A DNA stretch of 64,000 bases from positions 30,003,499 through 30,067,498 of the forward strand of contig NC_092676.1 in the NCBI RefSeq assembly GCF_964355755.1, given 5' to 3'. A program made the position numbers and the translations under genes. Within the stretch, counting starts at the first letter, position 1, and every line of letters starts with the position of its first letter. The stretch is from Antedon mediterranea. Lineage: Eukaryota > Animalia > Echinodermata. Shown one piece after another: positions 1-12,977 of this stretch. A model generated the notes under the pieces. It was not told where the DNA came from, made no database searches, and saw only the letters and a list, made by a program, of their open reading frames with translations.

Positions 1-2
1 AG

Positions 3-231
3 CAGATAACATCGGCCTTCTCCTGGGTCAAGTCGTTGGTCAACCAAACAAGATCATAGAAGAGTATACAAAAGAATGGGAAGGACCAGAAACGGCACCT
101 ACAACTGAACGGTTAGGTAAATCACTGACGATGCAACAAAGAATTGCAAATGCTACAGTGCATGTGAAAGCTAAGGTGAAGATTAACTTTGAGATGATGG
201 CAAAGGAAAAAGCTAAAGCCACTACAAGGTA
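3..231 (+). CDS. Partial 3'-terminal coding exon of an unidentified gene whose 5' part lies left of the window
   Basis: Reading frame 3 is open from the window edge to TAG at 229-231 (…QPNKIIEEYTKEWEGPETAPTTERLGKSLTMQQRIANATVHVKAKVKINFEMMAKEKAKATTR*). An AATAAA lies ~1.2 kb downstream (~1403). No family recognised; could be chance. Confidence 0.25.
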
Positions 232-372
232 GCATAGGACATATTAGCTAAACATGTGTCTACTGGACTAACTATGGATTTATCTTTAATCACCATTAGC
301 GTGTAACTCGGCAATTACAGGATCGATAAACTATTTAATAATTAATAGTTTTATATTTAGCCTTATTTAGTC

Positions 373-1016
373 GTGAGTGACAACCCTGGCACTATGTCAG
401 GATTGAACCCCGGCACTATGTCAGGATTGAACCCTGGCACTATGTCAGGATTGAACCCCGGCACTATGTCAGGATTGAACCCTGGCACTATGTCAGGATT
501 GAACCCCGGCACTATGTCAGGATTGAACCCCGGCACTATGTCAGGATTGAACCCTGGCACTATGTCAGGATTGAACCCTGGCACTATGTCAGGATTGAAC
601 CCTGGCACTATGTCAGGATTGAACCCTGGTACTATGTCAGGATTGAACCCTGGCACTATGTCAGGATTGAACCCTGGCACTATGTCAGGATTGAACCCTG
701 GCACTATGTCAGGATTGAACCCTGGCACTATGTCAGGATTGAACCCTGGCACTATGTCAGGATTGAACCCCGGCACTATGTCAGGATTGAACCCTGGCAC
801 TACAGTATGTCAGGATTGAACCCTGGCACTATGTTAGGATTGAACCCTGGCACTATGTCAGGATTGAACCCTGGCACTATGTCAGGATTGAACCCTGGCA
901 CTATGTCAGGATTGAACCCTGGCACTATGTCAGGATTGAACCCCGGCACTATGTCAGTATTGAACCCCGGCACTATGTCAGGATTGAACCCCGGCACTAT
1001 GTCAGGATTGAACCCC
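373..1016. repeat. 30-bp minisatellite, ~21 tandem copies (unit ACTATGTCAGGATTGAACCCYGGC…); one copy has a 5-bp insertion
   Basis: Direct reading: near-identical 30-mers with C/T variation at one position. The ORF-track 'proteins' on both strands here (NPGTMSGL…, PGFNPDIV…) are repeat translation artefacts. Confidence 0.95.
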
Positions 1017-2094
1017 AGACTTCGTATTGGAAGACAAGCATGTTAACCACCAAGCTACAGCACCACTACATTATAAGCCACTCATTGTCAAAGTACATTA
1101 AAAAGCTTGGCACTGTTTAAATTTTCTTTTAAGCTTGGTTTCTACTATGACGTAACACAATGACGTAGATACAACACAAGCAAGTTGACCAAAATAATCA
1201 TTGCTTGTGATTGGTCAAACCACCTGCGTTACATGTTGTGTCTCTATGGGAACCAAGCAGCAGTACTAATAATTATTTCAGATACACTGATAATGCCCTA
1301 TGTTGCCTGTAATTGTATTGTTCACTCATGTGTGTCTGTTGTAATATTGCTGTCTTGGACTAATCTCTATTTATTACAGATTCTGTTGGTATTTTGTGGT
1401 TCAAATAAAACCCTAAAAATAGGTTGAATTTTTGTAAATAAATTGTCAATTGGTAAATAATACGGTATACAGTAATATTTGTTTGCATTTTGAAAATTAA
1501 ATCAACGTTTTCTTTACGTGTATTATAATTTATTATACAATATGGTATTTTTTAGATTTTATTTGTATATATATAATATTAGGCTTTCAAAATGATTGTA
1601 TAACTTTGACCTTTTGTTGTATAAGCACGAACTTAATTATTCAAATGAATATTAATTTATAATAATCTAATGCTTTTGACAACCATCCGAAATCCTCTGA
1701 TTTAATGAAGTTCACTTTTCATCGATCAGAATTGATTTATTATTGATTTTAAACACACTGTTGTACCTGGTCATTGATGCGTTTGTAATCAGAACGATTG
1801 TGCAGGAGTTTGTTGATGAATGCAAGTGTGTGTATGGTACTGCAAAGTAAACAAATACTGTATTTATATTCAATAACTTGGGAACATTTCATTGAAGAAA
1901 ATAACACAGTTTTGTAAAGAATGTACACGTATCGGCTGTGAACATCGATTATGGTTTTTGAAAGCGTCTCCGTTATTTACTACAGTAGTTCAAACCTGTA
2001 TACAGCCATGGAACCAATACAAGGAATAGTAGGCCTATTATATTCCAGTGCATTTGATAAAAGTGATTGTATGTAGCATGTAAGGAACGTGTGG

Positions 2095-2560
2095 GCACCT
2101 TTTTGCCGACAATTGCTGGTGTGAGTCTACAGTGGTTTACCGTTTCCTTTTCTATTGTCCTTTTCTATTGGTAAAATCTGATAAATATAGGCCTAACTGG
2201 TCATGTCAATTTTCGCTATTTATATTTTTGGATTTAATTTGACTCAATATCGTTTTTCTCTTTTGCCGAAAACATTGCTGGTTTGATGTTATAGCCTACA
2301 GTGTGGTCTATCGTTTCTATTTTATATTGATAACATCTGGTAACTTTAAACTGGTCATGTCAAGTTTTGCTATTTTGATTTAATTTGAATCAATTATAGC
2401 TTTTCTCTTTTGCCGAAAACATTGCTTGTTTTATGTTATAGACTACAGTTGTTTCCGTTTCCATTTATACTGAAATTTTCTATAACATCTGGTAACTTCA
2501 ACTGGTCATGTCAATTTACGCTATTTTATAATTTGGATTTAATTTGAATCAATATCATTT
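2095..2560. repeat. ~150-bp tandem repeat x3 immediately upstream of the sulfotransferase start codon
   Basis: Three consecutive copies of ttttgccgaNaaNtgctgg…ctggtcatgtcaaNttNcgctatttNtatttNgatttaatttgaNtcaatatNNtttttctc end ~60 bp before ATG 2624. Confidence 0.8.
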
Positions 2561-2623
2561 TTCTGTATTAAAATTAATACGCATTGATCAGAATTTTGTC
2601 TAGAAGCTTCTAATCAAGTAGCA

Positions 2624-3913
2624 ATGAAATCAACAAGAAGGTATTCATATTTTTCAATCTTGATTGTGGCCGTGTTTATATTTATTTTAATAAGAGCACC
2701 GTACGAGAACAATACAGTGGACAATAGCAGTCATTATTTCGCTAAACCCCTCCATAGGAGTTTTATAGCAATGAGGGGACGTTTATTTTCTAAAAATAAA
2801 CTTGATCCTATGAGTTTACAGCAAAATTCCAGTTTAAATGCTATAAAGCACAAAGGTATACACATCCTGGCTATTGGACGAACAGGTTCGTCTTTCTTGG
2901 GTCAGATTATAGCACAGCATCCTCAGGTATTTTACATGTTTGAACCCGGTCGTATACTTGATAATCAACGGAAGACTCCAGATCAGAAAATTTATAAGAA
3001 CCCAAAGAATTTAGTTAACTATGTTGATATGATCGCGTCTATATACCATTGTAGATTTGATAATATGAAGTCGTACTTGAAAGCAATTATGCAACTTTCT
3101 TTCAATTCGAGACTACAAGAAATTCCAGATTTAACAGAGAAAAATCTTTGTAGGCCCACTAGAGGAGTGTCTCGCCGCAAACAAAATGAGTCTTTATCTA
3201 CGAAATGTGAGCCTGTCAGCCGTGAATTGACGCACAAATGTCAAAATAAAACGTTTACAGTCATCAAAACTATTCGAATTCATAACATCACAAACTTTAC
3301 CAAATTAGTAAACGACGATGATGTTGATTTTAAAATATTACATCTAATACGAGATCCACGAGGCATGATTTTGTCAAATCTCAGAGCTTGGCATAGAGAT
3401 GTGATTCACGCTATGAATGAAGAACACCGTTCTCTTTTTGATGCCAACGACTTACCTTCAGAACTTTACGAGTATTTAAACAACTGGTGTAAAGATTGGA
3501 TAGAAAATGCCGACTTTGGATATTCCAAGATTCCGTCATCACAATACTTGTCAGTCAGATACGAAGACATATCACTTTCTCCAATAGAATCAGCAACAAA
3601 GATATATGCAAAGCTTGGTTTAGGTGCTCTTACAAGTGATATTATTGAATGGATTAATAACAGTACATCCGGGTATAAAGGTGGTTCGTATGCTCTTTCT
3701 CGAAATTCTACTTTGAATGCTGAGAAATGGCGTCGAAGTATGACGTATGAACTCGCTGAACGAATACAAGAAATGGACAATTGTGGAAAGTTTATGGATG
3801 TTTTCGGTTACAAAAAGGTTAAAAGTCCCGAGGAATTGCATGATTCGAGTTTGTCATTGATTGGAAAATATTCGAAATCTTCGTTCAAAGCGCGTAAGAA
3901 CCATAAACCATAA
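2624..3913 (+). CDS. Carbohydrate (Gal/GalNAc/GlcNAc) 6-O-sulfotransferase-like, type II membrane protein, single exon, 429 aa
   Basis: ATG-initiated uninterrupted ORF. N-terminal hydrophobic anchor YSYFSILIVAVFIFILI. PAPS 5'-phosphosulfate-binding motif IGRTGSSFLGQI and 3'-phosphate-binding motif RDPRGMILS, spaced as in the CHST/GlcNAc6ST family. Confidence 0.8.
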   Translation: MKSTRRYSYFSILIVAVFIFILIRAPYENNTVDNSSHYFAKPLHRSFIAMRGRLFSKNKLDPMSLQQNSSLNAIKHKGIHILAIGRTGSSFLGQIIAQHPQVFYMFEPGRILDNQRKTPDQKIYKNPKNLVNYVDMIASIYHCRFDNMKSYLKAIMQLSFNSRLQEIPDLTEKNLCRPTRGVSRRKQNESLSTKCEPVSRELTHKCQNKTFTVIKTIRIHNITNFTKLVNDDDVDFKILHLIRDPRGMILSNLRAWHRDVIHAMNEEHRSLFDANDLPSELYEYLNNWCKDWIENADFGYSKIPSSQYLSVRYEDISLSPIESATKIYAKLGLGALTSDIIEWINNSTSGYKGGSYALSRNSTLNAEKWRRSMTYELAERIQEMDNCGKFMDVFGYKKVKSPEELHDSSLSLIGKYSKSSFKARKNHKP

Positions 3914-5149
3914 TGCAACACCCGAGAGTGCAAGTCAGCAGGACTTCGGAGGAAATACAACTGAGAGAGGGTCTTTAAAGTACTTTCTTTAGTATGCCAT
4001 TAACGTAACCATCAATGGATTCTCGACGAAATGTTCACTACTAATATATAAAACATAATTAATAATATTATACTGCAAAAAAAAATCTGTAAAATAGGCA
4101 TAATTATTGATATTTAGTTAGATAGGCTAGTTCATCCCTGAGATTAGTAGAACGTTTAGAAGAAAAGTTTGAAAATTTTAATTTTTTGAAACAAATGTTT
4201 TTTCTCAAATTTTATACCCAAGGAAAGCCACACGCGACCATTAATTACATGTGCAAATTATAACCGAGACAACAATAATACCATAATATATATATATATG
4301 ATTATAAAAAGAACAATTAAGTGAGTTAACCAATCACAGATTAGTTCGGACAAATCCACTCACGTCGTGATTTGTCAAATTACTCTCGAGTCTCGACGCG
4401 CTTACGTACCTCAGTTGAATTAAATTGGCCAATGATTTGCTTTTATAAAATGTTTTTATTAGTTTTATTAAAATTAGATCATACTGGATGTGTAGTTTTT
4501 GTTTTTTTAATGAAAAATTCTTTTGGACGTGAACGTGACAGGACACAAAGCAGACGATCGATCGTACAGTACACTCTTGACCAATCACAATTGACACTTC
4601 GGGATACGATGTTCATGTGATTATACGAAAGCATATCATTGGTGCGCGCAAAGGCAGCAAGAAGAATGGAGCACGTGTGATAATGCATTGATGAAGTGTT
4701 GTTGTTGTTGTTGAAATCATACCACAAACAAGGAGAATTGTTCATACAGTAGGCCTAGCCTAGGCCCTAGTGTAAATTGATAGCACATGGTCGGTGGTTC
4801 AGGTTTTTTTTTATTCAGAGATAATATTTATATCACCATTTAAAATATGAAATTGATTAAATCTAACGATGAAAAAAACATAAAAACCTCACAAAGTCTA
4901 GGCCTAGGCCTAGAAAATCCCCCTCCGTCAGCGTCAAGAAGAGTAGTGAAAGAAACAAATCCTCGCCTTCCTGGTGGGCGGTATGGCCAGTTCCAGGTGG
5001 TAAGTACCGTAAGTAACTAGGCCTAGGCCTAGCTGGGCCCCAAAAGGCTAGTAGCTAGGGTTATAGTTCAGTAGTAATAGCTAGGTCTAGTGACTGGACT
5101 GGCTAGTAGTAGTAGTAGTAGTAGGCCCGGGCCCTAGCCTATAGGCCTA

Positions 5150-6050
5150 GTAGGCCTGTCACACCAAAATCAGTCCGGACCAAAATCGGACCGATTTTGG
5201 CTGCCAAAATCAGTCCGGAGGACCATTTATGGCTGCCAAAACCTGTCCGGCCGGACCAATTTTGGCCGCCAAAACTGGTCCGGCCTGGATAAAATCGGTC
5301 CGGGCAGTAGGACTGTTTTTGGCCGCCAAATATCGTCCGGTCTTACAAAATGGTGCGCAAAATGAGGTCATAATGTATATTAAAAAAAGGCCATGATTAG
5401 TCATTATATTGAAAACTACGGGGTTTTATTTGTTATTTTAATATTATTAAGCCTGTTTTTTTTATTATCATTATTAGTAGTAACTCATCAATAATTAGTA
5501 CTAATTGTTAGGCTTTTTGTATACAATATGTATCTCTGCCTGTTTTTAATCCATTTTGTTTATTTTTAACATCTTCGTTTCCCCATGATGTTAAAAACAA
5601 TTTAATTTATTAATTATTTATGGTTAATCAATCAATATATCAATTCAATACAATTATTATAAAACAATTATCCAATATTGATTAGGCTGAGGAAGGAAAA
5701 AGGCCTCAATCATAAATAAAATCTAGCTGGCAATATCAGCGTCTCATACCCGTTCGTGTGAGTGTGTGGCAGGCCGAAATATGAGTGAACACCTTCATGT
5801 TTTTAGATAAAATACATTTATTTTATACTATAGTATTTATCCGACAAGATAACTTACTAATATATATCATGGGATATTTTTCTAGCCATAAACAACAGCA
5901 TCATAGGCCTAGTAATTCAATTAAAATCGACAGAAGAAAAGCCCGGACCGATTTTGGCAGTGGCGGACTGCTTTTGGCCACAATTTTAGAGCCAAAACTG
6001 GTCCGGCCGGACCGATTTGGCCCCGGACCATATTTATCGTGACAGGCCCT
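5150..6050. repeat. Foldback / inverted-repeat element with arrays of GCCAAAA…GTCCGG units; arms 5150-5345 and 5935-6050
   Basis: Left arm aggcctgtcacaccaaaatcagtccggacc… is the reverse complement of the right arm …ggtccggccggaccgatttggccccggaccatatttatcgtgacaggccc. Flanked by CTAG/GGCCTAGG low-complexity DNA. Confidence 0.6.
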
Positions 6051-6296
6051 AGTAGTAGTGATAGCAGTAGAATTAAGTATTCACTATGGTAGGCCCAGCT
6101 ACAATAGGTAGGCGTAGGTCGAGTAGGCCTAAATAAGCTAGGCCTAGACCAAACAATTTAAATTATTTTTTATATTGTGATAACGTAACATTGTAAACAA
6201 ATTTTTTTGCAGTATGAAATTGGTTTGTTGCAAGTGGCTGGAGCTGCATTAGTTTTACTTTTTTTCGTTTTGCTAAATATTTTACTCTCATCATCC

Positions 6297-9200
6297 ATGA
6301 ACACTGAACTGATCGTGGAAAACACTGATGATTACGCAATAACTATTCCAAAAGTCTTTTTCGAAGTATCAAATAATTATCAGCAATCAGTAATGAAATG
6401 GCAAGATCAGTACAGTAGAGGTGTATGTCTGTTTGCAGGTCATCGTTATAAATCATCAGCTGATGACCCTTCAGTATTTTCATCTACTGTGTAAGCATGT
6501 TTATTTGTTTAATGATTTGGTTATGATTCAATCAAGCTTTTATTTTTTTATTTATTCAATTTCTGCCATATACAATACATAGAAAAAAAAAACAAATATA
6601 AAAGGCAAGGAAAGATCAAACAGGTGCTAAACACCTATGCTAGTTGGTCAACAGAACAGAGCACAGAAATAAACCAAAACAAAAATTAAAGCATCTAAAT
6701 GTCGTTTTCTCCATCCAGGTTGGCAGTGTTACATAAAAAATAGTAATCCATGGTTGTGATATCTATATCTTACGATGAACAGTGATTTAACAGCAAATGT
6801 CTAACATGCTAACCAATACCTCTATGCAAGTTCTAACTTTAAAATATAATTGTCTTGGGATAAAGTCCTGTCGTTATTCTGATACACACACACTTGATTT
6901 ATTGAAGCTACTCAAAAGCCTTTTAGAGATCTTTTGTAATTTTATGAATGTAAAGGGATTTTGGTGACCATTAAAAAAAAAACTTGATTTTCTATCTTAA
7001 AAGGTTTCCATCAAATAGCAAGCAGCAACCATCTGTGGGCAATGGGTATTTAGCCACAGTAATCTACAGTAACACTGTGTATGTTAACGGTCTCTACAAT
7101 GGCAAGGGTACTAGTAGTCATCGTGCCAGAGTGCCATCCACTGCTGCCATCACAGCATCTCTGCAGGAATCACCAGTATCAGCTTCTCACTTCTACATCT
7201 TGGATGTTGCAAAAGGTAATGTCAATTATACGACCTGATATATGACCCCCAGGGAGGTGCGTCATTTGTCTGTTGTACATCATACCTTATGAATACCATG
7301 ATGTACCCCTGCATAAAAAAGTGACTTATCTTTAGGTGACCATGATGCACCCATTTTGATGCATTGTGACCATGTTGTTCATGATATGGTGGTTGGTAAA
7401 GTGACGAATATTGGAGCACCATTGTTCATTGACCCTGCATCAATAATTATTTGTAAATGACGCACCCATGATACACCTCTCCCGGGGGTCGTATAGTGTG
7501 TCATACAATTGCATAGTGTTATCTATTATAACTATAAGTTAAATGTGTATGAAACAAAATTAAGTTAAACCTGATGATGGTTGCTTGGGTGGGTGCTGTT
7601 TTATTATTAGGCTTTGTTACAGCAGGCCTAGAATTATATTTTAGGCTGATCTGAAGGCTTTTATGGTGATTCTTTTAGTGATTTTAAAGAGGCAATGAGT
7701 TAAAACTTGTAAAGGTTGCCTCATCTCTTAGTGTCTGTTACGTGTCTGTCAAAGTTGTTTTTGAATAATGAGGTAGGTTTTCCCACCTCCTCTTTTTTCT
7801 CAGCACCATTAATCCATAATCTGATATATTTTTCAGGTGTGTTTGTGCACCAGATAACAACAGGTGATGTAAAGGTGAGCCATACAACGTACGCGCACCA
7901 AGTGTTGAATAGACTTCTTGTTAACCAGATTATTATCAGTAGAACAAGTAATAAATCTGATGAAGTCACCGTGAAATTGGACACAAATTCTTTACCAAAT
8001 AGTACCGATATAAATTTCAAAGAAAATCCTTTAAAGGATAATATAAGGTAATTCTTCTACTTTTATGATTTTTTAAATTAAAATTAAAAAAATTAAAAAT
8101 GTTATGCATCCAACAGCGAGGAGCCAATTGCAGGGTGTCTATGCCTTTTCACATTCTTTTAAAACTACTAACATTTGGTGGAACCAACATTTTACACAAG
8201 AGTATCAAATGTAATAATATTAAGTTTAATAAGTTCAATTTACACTCTCAGTATACTGTTCATCTAACATCAGAATTGAATAAATGTGTAGTGGTTATTT
8301 TATCAAAAGTCATTATTATTATATACAAAAAGATGAACAAAATTAGTGGGATGATTCGAACTGACTAGAATGTAAAAAGAAATTGTTATTAATTGTTATG
8401 TTTATTATAGAAGTATGCAAGGAGGAATAATTGTTCCTGAACATGACAGCACCCAAGTTGTTACAGCTTACGTCTACTGGACAGATGTCCCATCATGCAT
8501 CACTTTACCGAAGGATGTTTCAGCGAGACAATACAACTTTATAACATCTATTTCAAAGACAAGTGGTGATGAGGCATATTACTTCTATACAGAAGGACTC
8601 AAAATGACTGCCAATAATGAGTTGTATCAAAACCATGTCGCTGCGTGGGAAACAAAATGGCGTAATGGGCATATAGACATTGACAATGTATACTTATCAA
8701 GAATAATATATAGTACCATGTATTATATATTGAGCTCACTTCCTCCTTTAAATACAACAGGCAGACTTGATTTTCCATTCTATGGGCTAGCACCTGGAGG
8801 GCTTGCCAATGGTGGGGGCAACCAGGACTACATGGGGCATGTGTTTTGGGACCAGGAGACATGGATGTACCCTCCAATTCTGTTGTTTCATCCAAACCTT
8901 GCAAAGTCGATGCTTAGTTCACGAACACGACATATAGACGCAGCAAGAAATATTGCTAAGTGTAATGGTTACAATGGGACTATGTACCCTTGGGAAATGG
9001 CTTACTCGGGTAATAACATAATCTTAACATTTAGTATAGTTTGCAAAATTAAAAAATAGAAAAATATATAATTATGATGATGATTTTAAATGTTTTTATC
9101 TTTAAACATTGCAGCATTTAAACATTTTTTTAATAGTAAAATATGATGATATATTTACAATTTAATGTTTTAACTTTCAATTTTTAGGTTATGATGTCTG

Positions 9201-12200
9201 TCCAGACAGAACCGTTGGTAAATTTGAACAGCACGTCAATGGAGACATAGCATATGCTCTTCAACAATATGTGAGAATGACTGAAGATGTACAGTTCCTT
9301 CTTGAAGAGAATGGGTTTGATCTGGCTAAAGGTCTGGCTGAATTTTGGTATTCGAGAGTGTACAATATAAGCATGACCAAATATGGAGTTATGGGTGAGT
9401 TTATTCAATTTTATTATAATTAAATTCTACACAATGCGTTGATTTAAGCATCTATTGAAATGAAAATATTACAGTGACCACGTCATGAACTTATTTGATA
9501 GTATACATAAAAAAAATTAATATCAAACGACTACTATTGCACGCCATGTGACCCACAATAGTCCAATCAAGTGACAGGAATTTATTTATGTGTTATATAA
9601 TATAACAATCCTCATGAACTTAGTATAAAATACATTATTCATCATGCTGTAATAAAGTAAGTGATTTATGATGAATCTGATTAAGTTCTACAATATATTT
9701 TATACCAGCTTATTGTTTTATATTTTAAGTACCGATACTAAATTGTTGTTTTGTTTTCACAGGTGTTATGCCTCCTGATGAATATCATGAAAACGTCAAT
9801 AACTCTGTATACACAAACATGGTAGCAAAAATAAGTCTGTTACTACCAAAACAATTAGCACAGATGCTTAACACCAGTGTGCCTGAGTGTTGGAGTGATG
9901 TTGGTAATCAAATGTACATTCCATATGATTCAAGTCTTAAGTACCACCCAGAATATGATGGCTACCAATTGGGTATAGATTATGTTCATGCTTAAATCAT
10001 AGCTCATGTTTTTAATACCATTTTATAGACTATTTGAAAGTTAACACTAATATTCTTTAAACTAATTATAATATTCTGTCTACACTATCAAACTTTATGT
10101 GACAAAAACATGTGATGATATATATGGACATGATTATGTCATATCACTACCATATTTGGGCACATCACACTTTTTGATAGTGTAGACCATGGATTAAAGA
10201 ATAGAAGGATATGCATCGACGTAAGATCAAGGGTTCCTTGACTCTCGCCGACAGACCGCGGACCGCCCACAATGTTACAGTTTAATTAACCGCATGGTAA
10301 CAACGAAACAGTCGCGTGCCTACTATATTGTTTACTGCACATGTGCAACGACATTTAACCTTGTTGGATACGCTTCTTTCGCGCGTTCTTTGGTGGCATG
10401 ATGTTTGTAGATGCTATCATTGTAATCATAGTCAACTATTGACTATGTTGTAATTAGTATAGGTTTCTGCCGCGATTGATCTACGCTAATGATTTTTTAT
10501 GATTAAAGTAGCATTTTATGACCTGTAGTAGCCCTACATCTGAGACAATAACTATTTGTTGTCTCATTTGTTGTAAAATTACAAAATCAGCAAGAATGCT
10601 AGCCTAGGCCCAGGCCTTATACTAGGCTAAACTGGGCTAGTAAAGCCTGTGATTTGCCGACATTGATACTGCCTAGGTAGGCCTAGGCTAATCTTAAATG
10701 TAGTAGATACAACGTATAATCATGATCTATATACTCACCGTTGTCTTACTTCTTGTGTGAATAATAATAGGTACTTTGTTTGTTCGTGATTAAGTTTGCC
10801 CTGCGTGTACTTTTCAAAACGACCGCTAGGCAACGAATCGCAACTATACATAGCCAGCCAATCCCGGATAAGGGATCGCTGTTTTCATTCAATTAGGCCC
10901 GGTGATTGGATGTGATGTGGATGACATAACCACTAGCCAATCACCAGGCACTACAGTTTAAATATAATCACATCGATAATTAAGGAGATTTATGAAGAAA
11001 CCACTGCTTAGCCATATATTAAAAACACGATTGTTGTATGTGTGAACACCGGCCACGCTAACAACATACATGGTCAAATGCATAATTTAATATTCTATAG
11101 ATTAACGCAATTTTTAATGACAAGATGGCAGGCAAATAATGATAATTCAAATATAAAAATTGCATATTTTATTAATATTACCAACTACTTAAAATTACCA
11201 GTAGTAAGAAAGTGAACTTTTCGTAGTCCGATTGTGATGAAACTAAAACAGAATTATTCAGCAATATATTTTTGTTGTCAATTAATCATTGACGCAGACA
11301 TGTCAATAGAACATTCAGACTGCGCATACGATTTCTACATGGTTACGTTTTGGTCTCAAAAAATGTAGCAGTTGATTCGCAGCGTTTTACAGAGGGCCGC
11401 GGTTAGAGACACGGAGTTCAATAAACGTGTTTGTTTGATTGGCAGCAGTGCTTTAGTATAGGCAAGCGCGTTGTAAAATCGTTTGATGTCACCGTCGATG
11501 CATATCCTTCTATTCTTTAATCCATGTGTAGACATAGCTTTAATGGTATTTTTCAAATTTCTTCTGAATAAGTCTCCATTTAATCCATAATGTGTGCCCA
11601 ACATACTACAGAACATATCAACCGTAATTGCTGTAGGCCACCCCTGAATTTTCCTTTAGTCAAGTTTATTTTTACTTCTTTGGAATTATTTTTTGAGATA
11701 ACTATTTAGTGAATATTAAATTTATTTGTCACAAACTGCCAAAGAGTGGGCGCATGGCCAACACAGGGAATTGGGAAGATATTGATAAAAAATATTTAAA
11801 TAAAATGTTAGTAAAACAAAATTGTAATTTATAATAGGAACTGTTGTGAAGCAAGCAGATGCCATCCTTCTTCAGTTTCCATTGATGTATGACATGCCTG
11901 ATGACGTCCAGGTCAACGACCTTCTACTGTATGAAACTTACAAGGGGAAGCCAGTGACTAACCCTGACGGTCCTGCCATGACCTGGGCAATGTTTACTAT
12001 TAACTGGCTGAAACTCAAGAATTTCACTAAAGCGTATGATGTCTTCAATAAAACATTTGCCAATATACAAGAACCATTCATGGTAAGATATTAACTGTAA
12101 TGTCTTTCCAATCAAATACTTATTCAGGTTTTTGTGACATACCCCTCCTTTGGCACCCCTATTTAGGATACACTTCTCCTCTGGCACACCCCTGTTAAGG

Positions 12201-12977
12201 ATACACACCCCTATTAAGGGGACACGGACAACATGCAAAATATGTTTTAATATTACAGCCAACCTCTATACTTTGAGAAGGGTTTGATACTTTGTTGGGT
12301 CTCAAAAGTGATAAGGTTTCTACTGTGTGTATTGGTGTTTGTCTCAATAGGTCAGGGATAGCTTTATTATCTTCAAAAATCTAAAGCTCTGTCTACACTA
12401 TCATACTAGTTTAACAAAAAAAGTGTGCTGTACACAAGCATTGTAGTAATATGCCCAAATTCGGTAGTGATATGACATTATCATGTCCATATATGGGCAC
12501 ATCACATTTTTTTGTCACATAAAGTTTGATAGTGTAAACAGAGCTTAACACAAAGCTTTCATTTTTCAAAATCTAAAATGTGGAGACTATTTTGTTTTCA
12601 AACAGACATGGACAGAGAACCCAGACGGTACCGGGGCTGTCAACTTCCAAACTGGAATGGGTGGTTTTTTACAAACAATAACATTTGGGTTTGGTGGTAT
12701 ACGGATAAAATCGTGCTTAGAATTTGACTTTGTTCTACCACCAAAGTCTACAACCTTTAATATTACTGGGTTGAACTATCTTAGTTCCTCGCTGAATTTT
12801 GTAGCTCGGGAAACGTCGCTAAGCATCACTTTAACTGAAGATAACTATAGAAGCATCATTCCAAGTCTTCAGTTAATTGTATCAAAAACGGAAACTTATG
12901 ATCTTAAATTAGGTGAGCCAATTATTTTTATGAATTTAGAAAATAAAACTTTTGCTTGTTGTACAGCTCACTACTAA
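6297..12977 (+). CDS. Glycoside hydrolase family 65 protein, PGGHG/ATHL1-like (protein-glucosylgalactosylhydroxylysine glucosidase-like); 8 coding exons, 749 aa
   Basis: Exons 6297-6490, 7004-7215, 7837-8047, 8411-9009, 9188-9394, 9763-9972, 11838-12082, 12606-12977. All have GT donors (GTAAGC/GTAATG/GTAATT/GTAATA/GTGAGT/GTATAG/GTAAGA) and AG acceptors, and phases are consistent (total 2250 nt). GH65 signature stretches: PGGLANGGGNQDYMGHVFWDQETWMYP, EQHVNGDIAYALQQY, PPDEYHENVNNSVYTNM, KQADAILLQFPL, TGMGGFLQTITFGFGGIRI. The start is taken as the first in-frame ATG (6297); the upstream open frame may be UTR. Confidence 0.8.
7228..7495. mobile_element. MITE-like inverted-repeat element in GH65 intron 2 (TIR tatacgacc…ccccagggaggtgcgtca / tgacgcacc…cacctctcccgggggtcgtata)
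   Basis: Terminal ~35-bp inverted repeats read directly; the internal AT-rich segment has no coding potential. Confidence 0.5.
8411..9009 (+). CDS. GH65 gene, exon 4 (largest; catalytic-domain core)
   Basis: Acceptor ttattatag|A; donor TCGG|GTAATA; phase 2 in, phase 1 out. Encodes …GLAPGGLANGGGNQDYMGHVFWDQETWMYPPILLFHPNLAKSMLSSRTRHIDAARNIAKCNGYNGTMYPWEMAYS. Confidence 0.85.
10077..10187. mobile_element. MITE family A copy (TIR CTGTCTACACTATCAAAC … GTTTGATAGTGTAGAC) in GH65 intron 6
   Basis: Shares termini and the internal gtgatgtgcccatatatggacatgat…atatcactaccatatttgggcacatcac core with ≥9 other copies in this window. Confidence 0.7.
12384..12546. mobile_element. MITE family A copy in GH65 intron 7
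   Basis: aaagctctgtctacactatca…tttgatagtgtaaacagagctt; same core as other copies. Confidence 0.75.

Noticed and set aside
363-1046. ORF-track proteins on both strands (NPGTMSGL… / PGFNPDIV…)
   Set aside because: Pure translation of a 30-bp minisatellite; no start context, and the periodicity equals the repeat unit.
6207-6296. Upstream in-frame hydrophobic extension (LLQVAGAALVLLFFVLLNILL) as N-terminus of the GH65 protein
   Set aside because: No ATG; the frame is reached only via a TTG in the ORF track. Possibly an upstream exon after acceptor tttttttgcag| at ~6212. I kept the first ATG (6297) but flag the alternative.
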